A DNA stretch of 64,000 nt from Candidatus Sumerlaeota bacterium (GTDB lineage: Bacteria > Sumerlaeota > Sumerlaeia > JADFCW01). The DNA is taken from NCBI GenBank assembly GCA_017161705.1, contig JADFCW010000001.1, forward strand, positions 4,521 to 68,520, given 5' to 3'. The notes under the pieces were generated by a model, which saw only the letters and a program-made list of their open reading frames with translations, was not told the DNA's origin and made no database searches. The translations under genes and the position numbers were made by a program. Positions 20,017 to 29,199 of the stretch are shown here, in pieces. Numbering within the stretch: position 1 is the first letter of the stretch; each line of letters opens with the position of its first letter.

Positions 20017-20928
20017 CTACTTGAGGAAGCCGAAATTTTTCAGCGGCCAGTAGCGCAGGATGGCCTTGCCTTTCAGATTGGCCTCGGGCACAGCGCCCCA
20101 GTCGCGGCTGTCGCGGCTGCTCTTGCTATTGTCGCCAAGCATGAAATAGTGACGGTCGGGCACCTGGGCGCCGTCGAATACGTCCCACGCGTGAAAGCCC
20201 TGTTTTTCCACATGCCATTCGATATAGCTCGGGCGTTTTTCCGACTCACCCGGGTGGTATTCGCCAAATCGCGCCACATACTCATTCAGGCGGAAAATTT
20301 CCGGTTCCTCCAGCCGTTCTCCGTTGATGTACACATGGGGCGGACGAATCTCGACCCGCTCGCCGGGAAGGCCGACCAGCCGTTTGATGTAGATAGGCTT
20401 GTCGCGCTGATAGATAAGCGGCGGCACGCGGAAGACCACGATCTCGCCCCGCCGCGGCGCGCGAAACCAGTAGATGAACTTGTTGACGATGATCCGATCG
20501 TCGCGCACTTCCCTTTGCCGGAGGGCCTCGAGCGGCAGCGCCAGCTCGTGGCGCTCCTCGTTGCGGACGTATTTCCCACCCTCGCGGTAGAAAATATGGT
20601 AACGGGGAAAGCGGTATCGCCCGCGGTCGAGGATCAATTCCTTCTCGCCGTCGGGCGGCACGCTGAGGTCCCATTCGATCACATACTCTTCCGGCTGATT
20701 CCACTCGTTGAATCCCGTGCCGACCAGCGTGGGGGTCATCGAGCCAGAGGGGATTTTGAACAACTCGACGGTGAAGGTGCGGATGAACATCGCCAAGAGA
20801 AATGCGATGACCAGAGCGTCGCTCCATTCGCGCAGGACGGCCAGCGGCGGCTTGCGGGACGCCCGAGTGTGCGGCGGTTTTTCGACCGCCGCTTTTGTCG
20901 GGGCGGATTTGGCTTTTGCGCGCGCCAT
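20017..20928 (-). CDS. lepB: Signal peptidase I
   Basis: S26 boxes: IPSGSMTPTL (catalytic Ser), KRLVGLPGE, and GDNSKSSRDSRDWG. Confidence 0.85.
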   Translation of the reverse strand: MARAKAKSAPTKAAVEKPPHTRASRKPPLAVLREWSDALVIAFLLAMFIRTFTVELFKIPSGSMTPTLVGTGFNEWNQPEEYVIEWDLSVPPDGEKELILDRGRYRFPRYHIFYREGGKYVRNEERHELALPLEALRQREVRDDRIIVNKFIYWFRAPRRGEIVVFRVPPLIYQRDKPIYIKRLVGLPGERVEIRPPHVYINGERLEEPEIFRLNEYVARFGEYHPGESEKRPSYIEWHVEKQGFHAWDVFDGAQVPDRHYFMLGDNSKSSRDSRDWGAVPEANLKGKAILRYWPLKNFGFLK

Positions 20929-21126
20929 ATCTGGATTGCAAGCATTCCTTGTGCGATGGAACCCAACGGCAAGCTGCTCCTGCGGCTTTTGCCATGAATT
21001 GTCAATGCCGGAGTGCAGGCCTGCGCGCGCAGGTCGTTGATTTCACACTTGACGGCGTGGAGACTTCGGTGCGCGAGATAGCTTTGCTGCGAAGGCGGCG
21101 CCTATTCTATCCGATGGAGGGCAGTC

Positions 21127-22038
21127 ATGTCTGTGGTTCAAAAACTTGCGCCGGCGTTGGTGGCAGCCGGCTTGTGGACCGGTCTTTGCGCATACGCTGC
21201 GGAGCCTGTGCGTTTGCCAACCGACGAAGAGGTCCGGAAGATCGAAGCAGCGGTTCCTGCAAAAGCCACAGCCCAGCCGAAGCGCCCGCGCAAGGTGCTC
21301 GTTTGCGGGGTCAATGAGGCGCATCTGCCCGTGCCTTTCTGCGCCAAGGCCATCGAGATCATGGCCCGAAAAACCGGCGCTTTCGAGGCTGTGTTCAGCA
21401 ACGATCCTGCGATGTTCGACGCCGAAAACCTGAAGCAGTTCGATGCGGTCATACTCAACAACTCCCATACGTTCAGTCCGCTGCTGCCGCCGAACTTCAA
21501 GAAAATGCCCAAAGAAGAGCAGGCTCGTGCGCGCGAGCGCGCGAAAACGCTTCAGAAGAACCTCGAAGAATTTGTCGCCGGCGGCAAGGGACTGGTTGGT
21601 ATTCACGGCGCCACGGTAGGTCTGCCGGAAATCGGCAACCTCCTCGGCGGCAATTTCGCCGACTGGCCGTGGAAGGGCAAAGAGCCGTTCCCGGTCAAAC
21701 TGGACGAGCCCGATCATCCACTGAATGCCGCCTTTGGCGGACAGGGGTTTTCCGTTCTCGATGAGGGCTATCAGTTCAAAGAGCCTTATTCGCGCGAGCA
21801 CGTGCGTGTGCTCATGAGCATTGATCTGAGCAAGACACCAGACCTCGGCAAGCGCCCCGACGGCGACTATGCAATGGGTTGGGTGAAGCCATACGGCCAG
21901 GGGCGAATTTTCTACAGCGCGCTCGGCCATTTTCCGGAACTCTACTGGAATCCGCAGTTGCTCCGCCACTGGCTCGACGGCATCCAGTTTGCTCTCGGCG
22001 ACCTCGAGGCGGATGCCACGCCGCGTGCGAAAAAATAG
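21127..22038 (+). CDS. ThuA-like (trehalose-utilisation) class-I glutamine-amidotransferase-like domain protein, secreted
   Basis: Signal peptide. ThuA-like pattern (VLVCG...FDAVILNN...GKGLVGIHGA...FYSALGH). The antisense ORF 21043..21969 is judged spurious. Confidence 0.7.
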   Translation: MSVVQKLAPALVAAGLWTGLCAYAAEPVRLPTDEEVRKIEAAVPAKATAQPKRPRKVLVCGVNEAHLPVPFCAKAIEIMARKTGAFEAVFSNDPAMFDAENLKQFDAVILNNSHTFSPLLPPNFKKMPKEEQARARERAKTLQKNLEEFVAGGKGLVGIHGATVGLPEIGNLLGGNFADWPWKGKEPFPVKLDEPDHPLNAAFGGQGFSVLDEGYQFKEPYSREHVRVLMSIDLSKTPDLGKRPDGDYAMGWVKPYGQGRIFYSALGHFPELYWNPQLLRHWLDGIQFALGDLEADATPRAKK

Positions 22039-22160
22039 ACCGTCACCCCCAGAGCAGGGCGGGGTGTCGTGGAAAATTGTCTTGCATTCCCAAGTTGGGC
22101 GCAGTTCTTATCGGAAACAAGCGGGAAATCCGCACTGATTTTTGGGCAAGGAGGTCGGGG

Positions 22161-23462
22161 ATGGGGAACAAATTGGAACTTTCGCGGCGGAGATTTCTCA
22201 AGAGCGCAGGCGGCGCGCTGGCGGCTGGAACAGCCTTGCGCGGCACGCCGGCCATTGGCGCGGTCGGGGCCAACAACAAAATCCGTCTTGGCTTCATCGG
22301 TGTTGGCGGACGCGGTACGGCGCATCTGAATGCGTTCTCGAAAATGGACGATGTGGCGATTGTGGCCATCGCCGATGTCAACGAGGCCAAGCGGAATGCA
22401 GCCGCCAAACGGCTGCAGCGGTCCGACGTACGGCTGTTCGAGGATTATCGCCAGCTGCTCGATCTCAAGGACGTGGATGCCGTAGTCATCGCCACGCCCG
22501 ACCACTGGCATGCGATCTGCGGGATTCATGCATGTCAGGCGGGCAAGGATGTGTATGTCGAGAAGCCGATCGGGCAGAATTACCGGGAGGGTCGTGCGTT
22601 TGTCAATGCCGCCCGAAAATACAACCGGATTGTTCAGCACGGCACGCAGCATCGCAGCGGCCCGACGTGGATCGAGGCGGTGAATATGGTGCAATCGGGC
22701 AAACTCGGCCAGATCAGCCTCGTGCGCGCGTGGAACTGCTGGGACCTCAAGAGCATCCACGCTGATATGGGCAATCCGCCGGACAGTGAACCGCCCGACG
22801 GCGTGAACTACGACATGTGGCTGGGGCCGGCGAAGAAACGCCCGTTCAATCCGCGGCACTTTGATTTTTACTTCTACTATTTCTGGGAATATTCGGGCGG
22901 CATGCTGTCGGCCTGGGGCGTGCATCTGTTCGACGTCGTGATATGGGCGCTGGGGCCGGCGATCAAGAGCGTCACCACGGTCGGCGGTAAGCTGGTTCTC
23001 AAGGATATGCGCGACATGCCCGACACGGCAGCCTGTGTCTTCGATTGCCCGGGTTATGTCATGACGTATGAGTTGCGCCATGCCAACGGCAAGGATCCAT
23101 GGGGCGAAAAGGACCACGGGCTGGAGTTTTACGGGACTGAAGGAACGATCTGGATCAACCGCGGCGGCTACACGTATTTCCCCGAGGCCGACCGCAAGAA
23201 TCCCAAATTTGTCAAGGACGAGGGGCAGGATCAACAGCATCGGCTCAACTGGCTCGAATGCATCCGGACGCGCAACCGCCCCCACGCCGACATTGAGTTG
23301 GGCTTGCAGGGATGTCTGCCGGGTTTTCTGGGCAACATCTCCTGGCGCGTGGGGCGAACGGTCAAGTGGGACGCCGAAACGGAAACAATTCCGGGCGACC
23401 CCGAAGCCGACCGTCTGCTGGGCCGCGACTATCGGGCGCCTTATCTGCTCCCGCAGGTGTGA
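22161..23462 (+). CDS. Gfo/Idh/MocA family oxidoreductase with TAT signal peptide
   Basis: AAGGAGG ribosome-binding site 7 nt upstream of the ATG. SRRRFLKSAGGALAA twin-arginine motif. Rossmann GFIGVGGRG. Confidence 0.85.
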   Translation: MGNKLELSRRRFLKSAGGALAAGTALRGTPAIGAVGANNKIRLGFIGVGGRGTAHLNAFSKMDDVAIVAIADVNEAKRNAAAKRLQRSDVRLFEDYRQLLDLKDVDAVVIATPDHWHAICGIHACQAGKDVYVEKPIGQNYREGRAFVNAARKYNRIVQHGTQHRSGPTWIEAVNMVQSGKLGQISLVRAWNCWDLKSIHADMGNPPDSEPPDGVNYDMWLGPAKKRPFNPRHFDFYFYYFWEYSGGMLSAWGVHLFDVVIWALGPAIKSVTTVGGKLVLKDMRDMPDTAACVFDCPGYVMTYELRHANGKDPWGEKDHGLEFYGTEGTIWINRGGYTYFPEADRKNPKFVKDEGQDQQHRLNWLECIRTRNRPHADIELGLQGCLPGFLGNISWRVGRTVKWDAETETIPGDPEADRLLGRDYRAPYLLPQV

Positions 23463-23629
23463 GCGACCGGGGCTGATGGAGCGGCGGGAAGTCAAGATTT
23501 CCATTGCGATCCCGCAGCTGATTTATCAAAACTTTCCCGTAGGAAGCCGGCAGAAGAGATGTTCTTGCTGCCGTTGCAAATGCTGAAGATTGCGAATAAG
23601 CTCATCCAGCAGGAAAGGGCCGGCAAATC

Positions 23630-25051
23630 ATGGGAAAAAAGCAAACGGTATGGAGCGCGGGAACAGTCGTATTATGTTGCGTACTAAGCACGAGCTGTTT
23701 GTGGAAACACGCTGCGGAACCTCTGGTTGCCTCGCGCGACGGGGTATCTTTCCTCGAGATATTCCTTGCCAGTCAAAAAGCGCAGCGCGAACTGAACGCG
23801 CTGCCCAGGCAGGATGCTGAAGCGCGGGCCATCAAGCCGGAGGCCTTCCAATCGAGCGAATATCCGCTCGGCCCCGGCGACGAAATCGAGCTGGTGTATC
23901 GCTTCGCCAACGAGCAGCCGACCGACCAGTATCGGCTTCGGCTGAAAGATCAGATCGGGCTGACGTTTGTCGGAGCGCCGACCTATAACCGCACCGTGCA
24001 GGTTCGCTCGGACGGCCGGATTGATCTGCCGATGGCCGGAGAACTTCAGGCCGCCGGCCGCACCCTCCCGGAACTCGAGGCGGAAATCCGCAAACGGTAT
24101 GCAACGCTCCTGGCGGAGCCGGAAATTCATGCGCATGTAGTTTCGTATGTGACGCCGGCCGATGAACTGAAAGAGGCGGTCTGGTCGTCGTTCAACGGAT
24201 ACACGCGCACGATGGTGGTGCGGCCCGACGGCTGCATTGCCGTTCCGCTCTTGAACGACGTGCAGGCAGCGGGGCGGACGCCATCCGAGCTCCAAAAGGA
24301 CATCGAAACCGGCTATGCCAAAGCGGGTATTCTCAATGTGAACGTGACAGTTGTAGTGCGGGCGGCACGCTCGGCCATTGCCTATGTGCTCGGCGAGGTG
24401 CCGCGCCAAGGTCCGCTTCCGCTGCGCGGACCGATTGATGTGTGGCGCGCGGTGGCCGAAGCCGGCGGGTTCGGCAAGGACGCCGATCGGCGGCGAGTCC
24501 ATGTCGTGAAGTCCACGCCCGAGGGCGAAAAGCGGCTGGTGCTAAACTTTGACGCCTGGCGAATCCGGCTGGACGACAAAGAAAACGCCACAATCGGGCC
24601 GGGCGACATCATCTATGTGCCCAAAGCCACCAACCGCTATGTCTATATTGCCGGCGAGGTGGAATCGCCCGGCCGCGTCGAACTGGACGCCGATTCCGAA
24701 CTGACCGTCTCGCAGGCGGTGTGGATAGGCGGCGGGATCACCTCCCGCGGCCAGCAGGACCAGGTTCTCCTGCTGCGTTCCACACCGGACAATCAGCCGC
24801 TCGTTGTTCCGGTGAGCCTAAAGGCCATCTATGCGCGCAACCGCGCAAAGACGGCGGAGGAAGAACAGAAAGATGTGCTGACCACCGACCCGTTAGTGCA
24901 ACCGGGCGACATTGTCTATGTGCCGCGCAGCGGCGTAGGCGACTTCAACCGCTTTGCCGAGCAGTGGTTCCGCAACGGCATCTGGACGGTGCTGCCGTTC
25001 ACGGCGTATGCGGGTTATCAAAAAGGCTCGTTCAACACTAACGCCCCGTAG
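23630..25051 (+). CDS. Polysaccharide export outer-membrane protein (Wza/GumB/KpsD family)
   Basis: Lipoprotein-type signal. Poly_export domain (GPGDEIELVY...GELQAAGRTLPELEAEIRKRY) followed by SLBB repeats. Confidence 0.8.
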   Translation: MGKKQTVWSAGTVVLCCVLSTSCLWKHAAEPLVASRDGVSFLEIFLASQKAQRELNALPRQDAEARAIKPEAFQSSEYPLGPGDEIELVYRFANEQPTDQYRLRLKDQIGLTFVGAPTYNRTVQVRSDGRIDLPMAGELQAAGRTLPELEAEIRKRYATLLAEPEIHAHVVSYVTPADELKEAVWSSFNGYTRTMVVRPDGCIAVPLLNDVQAAGRTPSELQKDIETGYAKAGILNVNVTVVVRAARSAIAYVLGEVPRQGPLPLRGPIDVWRAVAEAGGFGKDADRRRVHVVKSTPEGEKRLVLNFDAWRIRLDDKENATIGPGDIIYVPKATNRYVYIAGEVESPGRVELDADSELTVSQAVWIGGGITSRGQQDQVLLLRSTPDNQPLVVPVSLKAIYARNRAKTAEEEQKDVLTTDPLVQPGDIVYVPRSGVGDFNRFAEQWFRNGIWTVLPFTAYAGYQKGSFNTNAP

Positions 25052-25075
25052 CGGGGGACGAAGGAATTCGGCTTT

Positions 25076-26083
25076 TTGCTTCATCGCAGTGCCATTGCCG
25101 TCCTTTTCCTGTGCGCGATCGCGGGATTGGTTCATTGCAGGAAAAGCGCACAATCGAACCGTTCCATTTCGCTTACCGTCTTCTATGCCGGCAGTCTGGA
25201 AAGCGCGCTCGAACGCTGGGCGGCGCTGTTCCGCCTGCGCGAAGGCATAGCCTTGCGCAGCGAGGCGAGCGGCAGCCAGGATGCCGCCCGCAAGATCAGC
25301 GAACTGGGCCGCGCCGCCGACCTGCTTCTCGTCGCCGACTATCAAATCATTGATTGGCTGCTGGTTCCCGACCACGCACAGTGGCAGATTCTCTTTGCGG
25401 GCAACGAGATCGTGATCGCCCACTCGGAACAAAGCCGCCATGCGGGCGAGCTGACCGCTGAGACGTGGCGCGAGATTCTTCTGCGGCCGGATGTGCGCGT
25501 GGGCCGGTGCGATGAAAACCTCGCCCCTATCGGCTATCAGACGCTTCTGGTCGGTATGCTGTCGGACGTCGAGGCGGGTGTGGCAACGACGGACACCGCG
25601 CGCAGCATGTTCGTGCGGCTGCACGATCAAATCCCGCCGTCCCTGATCCGTCCCGACGTCGCCAAGCTGATCCCGCTTGTGGGAACGCAGGCGGACTACG
25701 TGTTTTTATTTCGGAACATGGCGCATCAGCACAATTTGAAGTACTTGCGATTGCCGCCGGAAATCAATCTGTCCGACCCGGCCCATGCAAAAAGCTACGC
25801 CCGTGCCAGCGTGACCATCCGCAAATCCACGCGCGGCACTGAATCGGAAAGGATCACCGTGCGCGGAGGTCCTATTCTCTATGGTCTGACCATTCCGCGG
25901 TCTGCGCAACATCCGGAAGCGGCTGCGCGGCTTGTCGAATTGATTCTCAGCGACGAGGGGCGGGCCGTGCTCGAAGACCTCGGCTTCACCACCCTCCGGC
26001 CGGTTTTAGGTCGCGGGCTCGAGGCCATGCCGCCAGCGCTGAGAGCGCGCGTGAGCGAGTGGGATGACGATTCGGCGAATTGA
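25076..26083 (+). CDS. Molybdate/tungstate-type ABC transporter substrate-binding protein (ModA/WtpA-like)
   Basis: Signal peptide. LTVFYAGSL start typical of ModA/WtpA-family SBPs. Adjacent to a ModB-like permease and ModC-like ATPase. Confidence 0.65.
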   Translation: MLHRSAIAVLFLCAIAGLVHCRKSAQSNRSISLTVFYAGSLESALERWAALFRLREGIALRSEASGSQDAARKISELGRAADLLLVADYQIIDWLLVPDHAQWQILFAGNEIVIAHSEQSRHAGELTAETWREILLRPDVRVGRCDENLAPIGYQTLLVGMLSDVEAGVATTDTARSMFVRLHDQIPPSLIRPDVAKLIPLVGTQADYVFLFRNMAHQHNLKYLRLPPEINLSDPAHAKSYARASVTIRKSTRGTESERITVRGGPILYGLTIPRSAQHPEAAARLVELILSDEGRAVLEDLGFTTLRPVLGRGLEAMPPALRARVSEWDDDSAN

Positions 26084-27272
26084 CATTGCGGCGTGGGCAG
26101 CCTTGATCGTTCTGGCGCATGGGGTGTTGATCTCGCGCTGGGTCGAGCCATTTGTGAACGCAGCTTTCTGCGTCGTGAATTTGTATTTCGTTTTCTTCGG
26201 GGCGCTGCTGCTGCAATGGCGACGCGCGGCCGGCCGTGCGGTCGGCCTGTATGCCCTGGGCTATGTGGCCGGATATGCGGCACTGATCTGGCTTTGCTTT
26301 GTATATAACCGGCAATGGCAACCGCGTTTTTTTCTCTACGCTGTCCCGTACATTACCCTGTTTCGCCTGCCTCTGGGATTGATCTTGCTGGCGTTGTTCA
26401 TAGGCTCGTCGCTGATCGGGCAAGCCTTTGCATTGCAGATGTTCGCGGCGCTCGCGGCTATTGCCGTGATGCTGCACCAGGTGTGGCGGATGCAGCGCGA
26501 TTGGTTTGTCACGGCACTGCTGGGTCTCGGGGCGCTCGCTTTTGGGTTGTTTCTATTTCCGGTGTTCTGTCTAGCGACGACCGACACACCTCAGACCTTG
26601 CTGGATGTATTTCGCCGGCCGGAAGTGCGGCAGGCCATCGCGGTCAGCCTGCTGAGCGCAACGGCCGCGTCGGCCGTCACGGTGCTTTTCGGGGTGCCGT
26701 TTGCGTGGGCGCTGGCACGGTCGCAGTTTCGCGGCAAGTCGCTGGTCGAAACCCTTGTTGACGTACCGATCCTCATCCCGCACTCGGCGGTCGGTGTAGC
26801 ATATCTGCTGCTGTTCGGCGACAAAGCGGTTTGGGGCGAGTCGCTTCGCCTTTCGGGCACTTTTTGGGGGATTGTAGCCGTGCAGGTGTTTGTCAGCGCT
26901 CCATTTTTGATCAAGACGGTCTATCAGGCCTTCGACGCGATGGGCGCGGGCTACGAGACAACGGCGCGGACATTGGGGGCGTCGGCGGCGGGCGCCTTTG
27001 TACGAGTGGCCCTGCCATTGGGAGCACGCGCAATTGCGATCGGGGCCATTTTGTCGTGGGCGCGGGCGGTCAGCGAAGTCGGCTCGGTCGAATTGTTTGC
27101 CTATTACCCGATGACGGCGCCCATTCTGATTGCCAACCGGGCGAGCCAGATGGGACTGGCGCAAGCGCGGCCTGTGGCCGTGCTTTTGGTGCTGACGTGT
27201 TTGTTCATTTTTCTGACGTTGCAGCTGGGACGGTCGGTGGCGGCGAAACCTTTGTTGCGGAAAACGGAATGA
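26064..27272 (+). CDS. ABC transporter permease (ModB/CysTW-like) with extra N-terminal ~130-aa multi-TM extension
   Basis: C-terminal two-thirds is a MetI-like permease (EAA-like loop ...YETTARTLGASAAGAFVRVALPLG). The N-terminal region has four or more extra hydrophobic helices and may be a fusion or a separate small ORF. Confidence 0.65.
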   Translation: MTIRRIDIAAWAALIVLAHGVLISRWVEPFVNAAFCVVNLYFVFFGALLLQWRRAAGRAVGLYALGYVAGYAALIWLCFVYNRQWQPRFFLYAVPYITLFRLPLGLILLALFIGSSLIGQAFALQMFAALAAIAVMLHQVWRMQRDWFVTALLGLGALAFGLFLFPVFCLATTDTPQTLLDVFRRPEVRQAIAVSLLSATAASAVTVLFGVPFAWALARSQFRGKSLVETLVDVPILIPHSAVGVAYLLLFGDKAVWGESLRLSGTFWGIVAVQVFVSAPFLIKTVYQAFDAMGAGYETTARTLGASAAGAFVRVALPLGARAIAIGAILSWARAVSEVGSVELFAYYPMTAPILIANRASQMGLAQARPVAVLLVLTCLFIFLTLQLGRSVAAKPLLRKTE

Positions 27273-28090
27273 TCCGAATCGAACAATTGCGAAAAGCATG
27301 GCCGGGGTTCACGCTGGAGATAGAGAGTTTAGAGATCGCGGACGGCGGGTATTTTGTCGTACTGGGGCCCAGCGGGGCGGGCAAGAGTGTGTTGCTTTCG
27401 TGCCTCTGCGGCATTGTCAGGCCCGACGAAGGACACATTTACTTTGGAACGACCGACGTGACCGATCTGCCGCCCGAACGGCGCCGGCTTGGCTGGGTTT
27501 CGCAAAGCAATACACTGTTCCCCCATCTGACTGTCGCGCAGAACATCCGCTTTGCGCGACGCTACTGCACGTCAGATACCTGCTCCAGGGCATTCGAGGA
27601 CTTTGACCGTCGCGCCGAGCGTCTGATTGAACTGCTCGATCTGCGCCCCCTTTTAGGCCGCCTGCCGGGCGATCTCAGCGGCGGTGAGGTGCAGCGCGCC
27701 ATGCTGGCGCGGGCGCTGGCTCGCGGACCGCGTGTCCTGCTGCTCGACGAGCCGCTGCGCGGCCTCGATCCCATGACACAAGACCGTCTTCGTGACGAAC
27801 TGGCGCAGATTCACCGCGAACTGGGAACCACGACGGTTCACATCACGCACGACCACGTCGAGGCACGGTCGCTGGCGGATTATATCGCTGTTCTACGCGC
27901 CGGCCGAATCGAGCAAATCGGCCCGCCCGATGAGATGTTCACTCATCCGGCGACCGAATTCGTTGCGCGCTTCCTCGGCGCCGGCGGGGCAAACAATGCC
28001 GCAGAGCGGCGACGCGATCCGGACGGGTCAACTGCTCGCGGCCTTTTCCGTCAAGGCGGCAACACAGCACTTGACGGGGCGGGCCGCTGA
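27269..28090 (+). CDS. ABC transporter ATP-binding protein (ModC-like)
   Basis: GPSGAGKS Walker A, LSGGEVQRAMLARAL signature, LLLDEP Walker B. ATGA overlap with the permease stop. Confidence 0.85.
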   Translation: MIRIEQLRKAWPGFTLEIESLEIADGGYFVVLGPSGAGKSVLLSCLCGIVRPDEGHIYFGTTDVTDLPPERRRLGWVSQSNTLFPHLTVAQNIRFARRYCTSDTCSRAFEDFDRRAERLIELLDLRPLLGRLPGDLSGGEVQRAMLARALARGPRVLLLDEPLRGLDPMTQDRLRDELAQIHRELGTTTVHITHDHVEARSLADYIAVLRAGRIEQIGPPDEMFTHPATEFVARFLGAGGANNAAERRRDPDGSTARGLFRQGGNTALDGAGR

Positions 28091-28148
28091 ATTTTTCAAT
28101 TTCGCACCGAGGCAATCGGTTTTCGATATTGCTTTGGAAGAGGATAAA

Positions 28149-29126
28149 ATGAAAAAGAATCATCCCTGTCTCTCGAGGCGGCAATGGCTCGCGGCAGGCA
28201 TTGCAGGAAGCGCGCTCGCAGGGGTGCGTCGTCCGGCCGCACTGTCGGCATCATCCTATCCTGCACCGACCCCGGGGCGCAAGCCCGCTCCCTTCCGGTT
28301 CTGCCTGAATACCGGCACGGTTCGCGGCCTCAAACTCGGCATCGAGAAGGAAATCGAGATCACCGCCCAGGCTGGTTATGATGCGATCGAGCCGTGGCTT
28401 GACGGCATCAACAACTATGTCAAAGGCGGCGGCTCGCTCAGCGACCTTCGCAAGAAAATCGCCGACAGCAGCCTGGCCGTCGAAAATGTCATTGGCTTTC
28501 CCGCCTGGGGTGTAGACGACGATGCCAAGCGCGCCGCCGCGCTTGAACAAATGAAACGCGATATGGAAACGGCCGCGGCCCTTGGCGCCAAACGAATCGC
28601 CGCCCCGCCCGCCGGCATCAACAACGCACCGCCCATCGCGCTCCGCACACTGGCCGAACGCTATCGGGCGGTCTGCGAACTTGGCGATGCCGTCGGCATC
28701 GTGGCCATTCTCGAGTTGTGGGGCGCGGCGAAAAACCTCAGTCGTCTCAGCGACGGCCGCACGGTGGTTGTGGAGAGCGGCCATCCCAAAGCGTGTTTAC
28801 TGCCCGACGTATTCCACATTTACAAGAGCGGAGGGGACTTCGACGAGCTCAAGCAATTCGAGCCGTCCATGATCCCGGTCTTTCACATGAACGACTATCC
28901 GGCCTCGCCGCCGCGCGAGCAGGTCCGCGACAGCGACCGTGTCTATCCGGGCGACGGCGTCGCTCCGCTGACGCAAATCCTGCGCGATCTGGCCGCCAGC
29001 GGGGGCGGCCATGTTCTGTCGCTCGAACTGTTCAATCCAAATTATTGGAAGAACGATCCGCTCGAGATTGCAAAAACGGGTCTCGAAAAAATGAAAAGTG
29101 CCGCGGCCAAAGCCCTTGCTGGATAG
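28149..29126 (+). CDS. Sugar phosphate isomerase/epimerase (xylose-isomerase-like TIM barrel) with TAT signal
   Basis: SRRQWLAAGIAGSALAG twin-arginine motif. AP_endonuc_2-like TIM barrel (IEPW...LELWG...). Confidence 0.7.
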   Translation: MKKNHPCLSRRQWLAAGIAGSALAGVRRPAALSASSYPAPTPGRKPAPFRFCLNTGTVRGLKLGIEKEIEITAQAGYDAIEPWLDGINNYVKGGGSLSDLRKKIADSSLAVENVIGFPAWGVDDDAKRAAALEQMKRDMETAAALGAKRIAAPPAGINNAPPIALRTLAERYRAVCELGDAVGIVAILELWGAAKNLSRLSDGRTVVVESGHPKACLLPDVFHIYKSGGDFDELKQFEPSMIPVFHMNDYPASPPREQVRDSDRVYPGDGVAPLTQILRDLAASGGGHVLSLELFNPNYWKNDPLEIAKTGLEKMKSAAAKALAG

Positions 29127-29160
29127 GCGGGACAGGGAAAACGCGTCCCGCCGCCGCTTT
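29126..29160 (+). terminator. Putative intrinsic terminator for the isomerase gene
   Basis: Perfect 8-bp stem GGCGGGAC/GTCCCGCC with an 11-nt loop, directly after the stop and followed by a T-containing tract. Also sits between convergent genes. Confidence 0.45.
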
Positions 29161-29199
29161 GTCCGTGCCGCGCTTTCTGTCCGCCTTGTCTGCGCCGCC

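Noticed and set aside
20929-21126. Weak 9-bp-phased TTGAC/TGGAG/CGGTG run in the lepB-ThuA divergent spacer as a seventh repeat array
   Set aside because: Only two units resemble the pentamer, so I did not count it with arrays A to F.
21043-23504. Long minus-strand ORFs (308 aa and 520 aa) opposite ThuA and the TAT-MocA gene
   Set aside because: They are antisense to ORFs with clear signal peptides, ribosome-binding sites and domain motifs, and have low-complexity composition.
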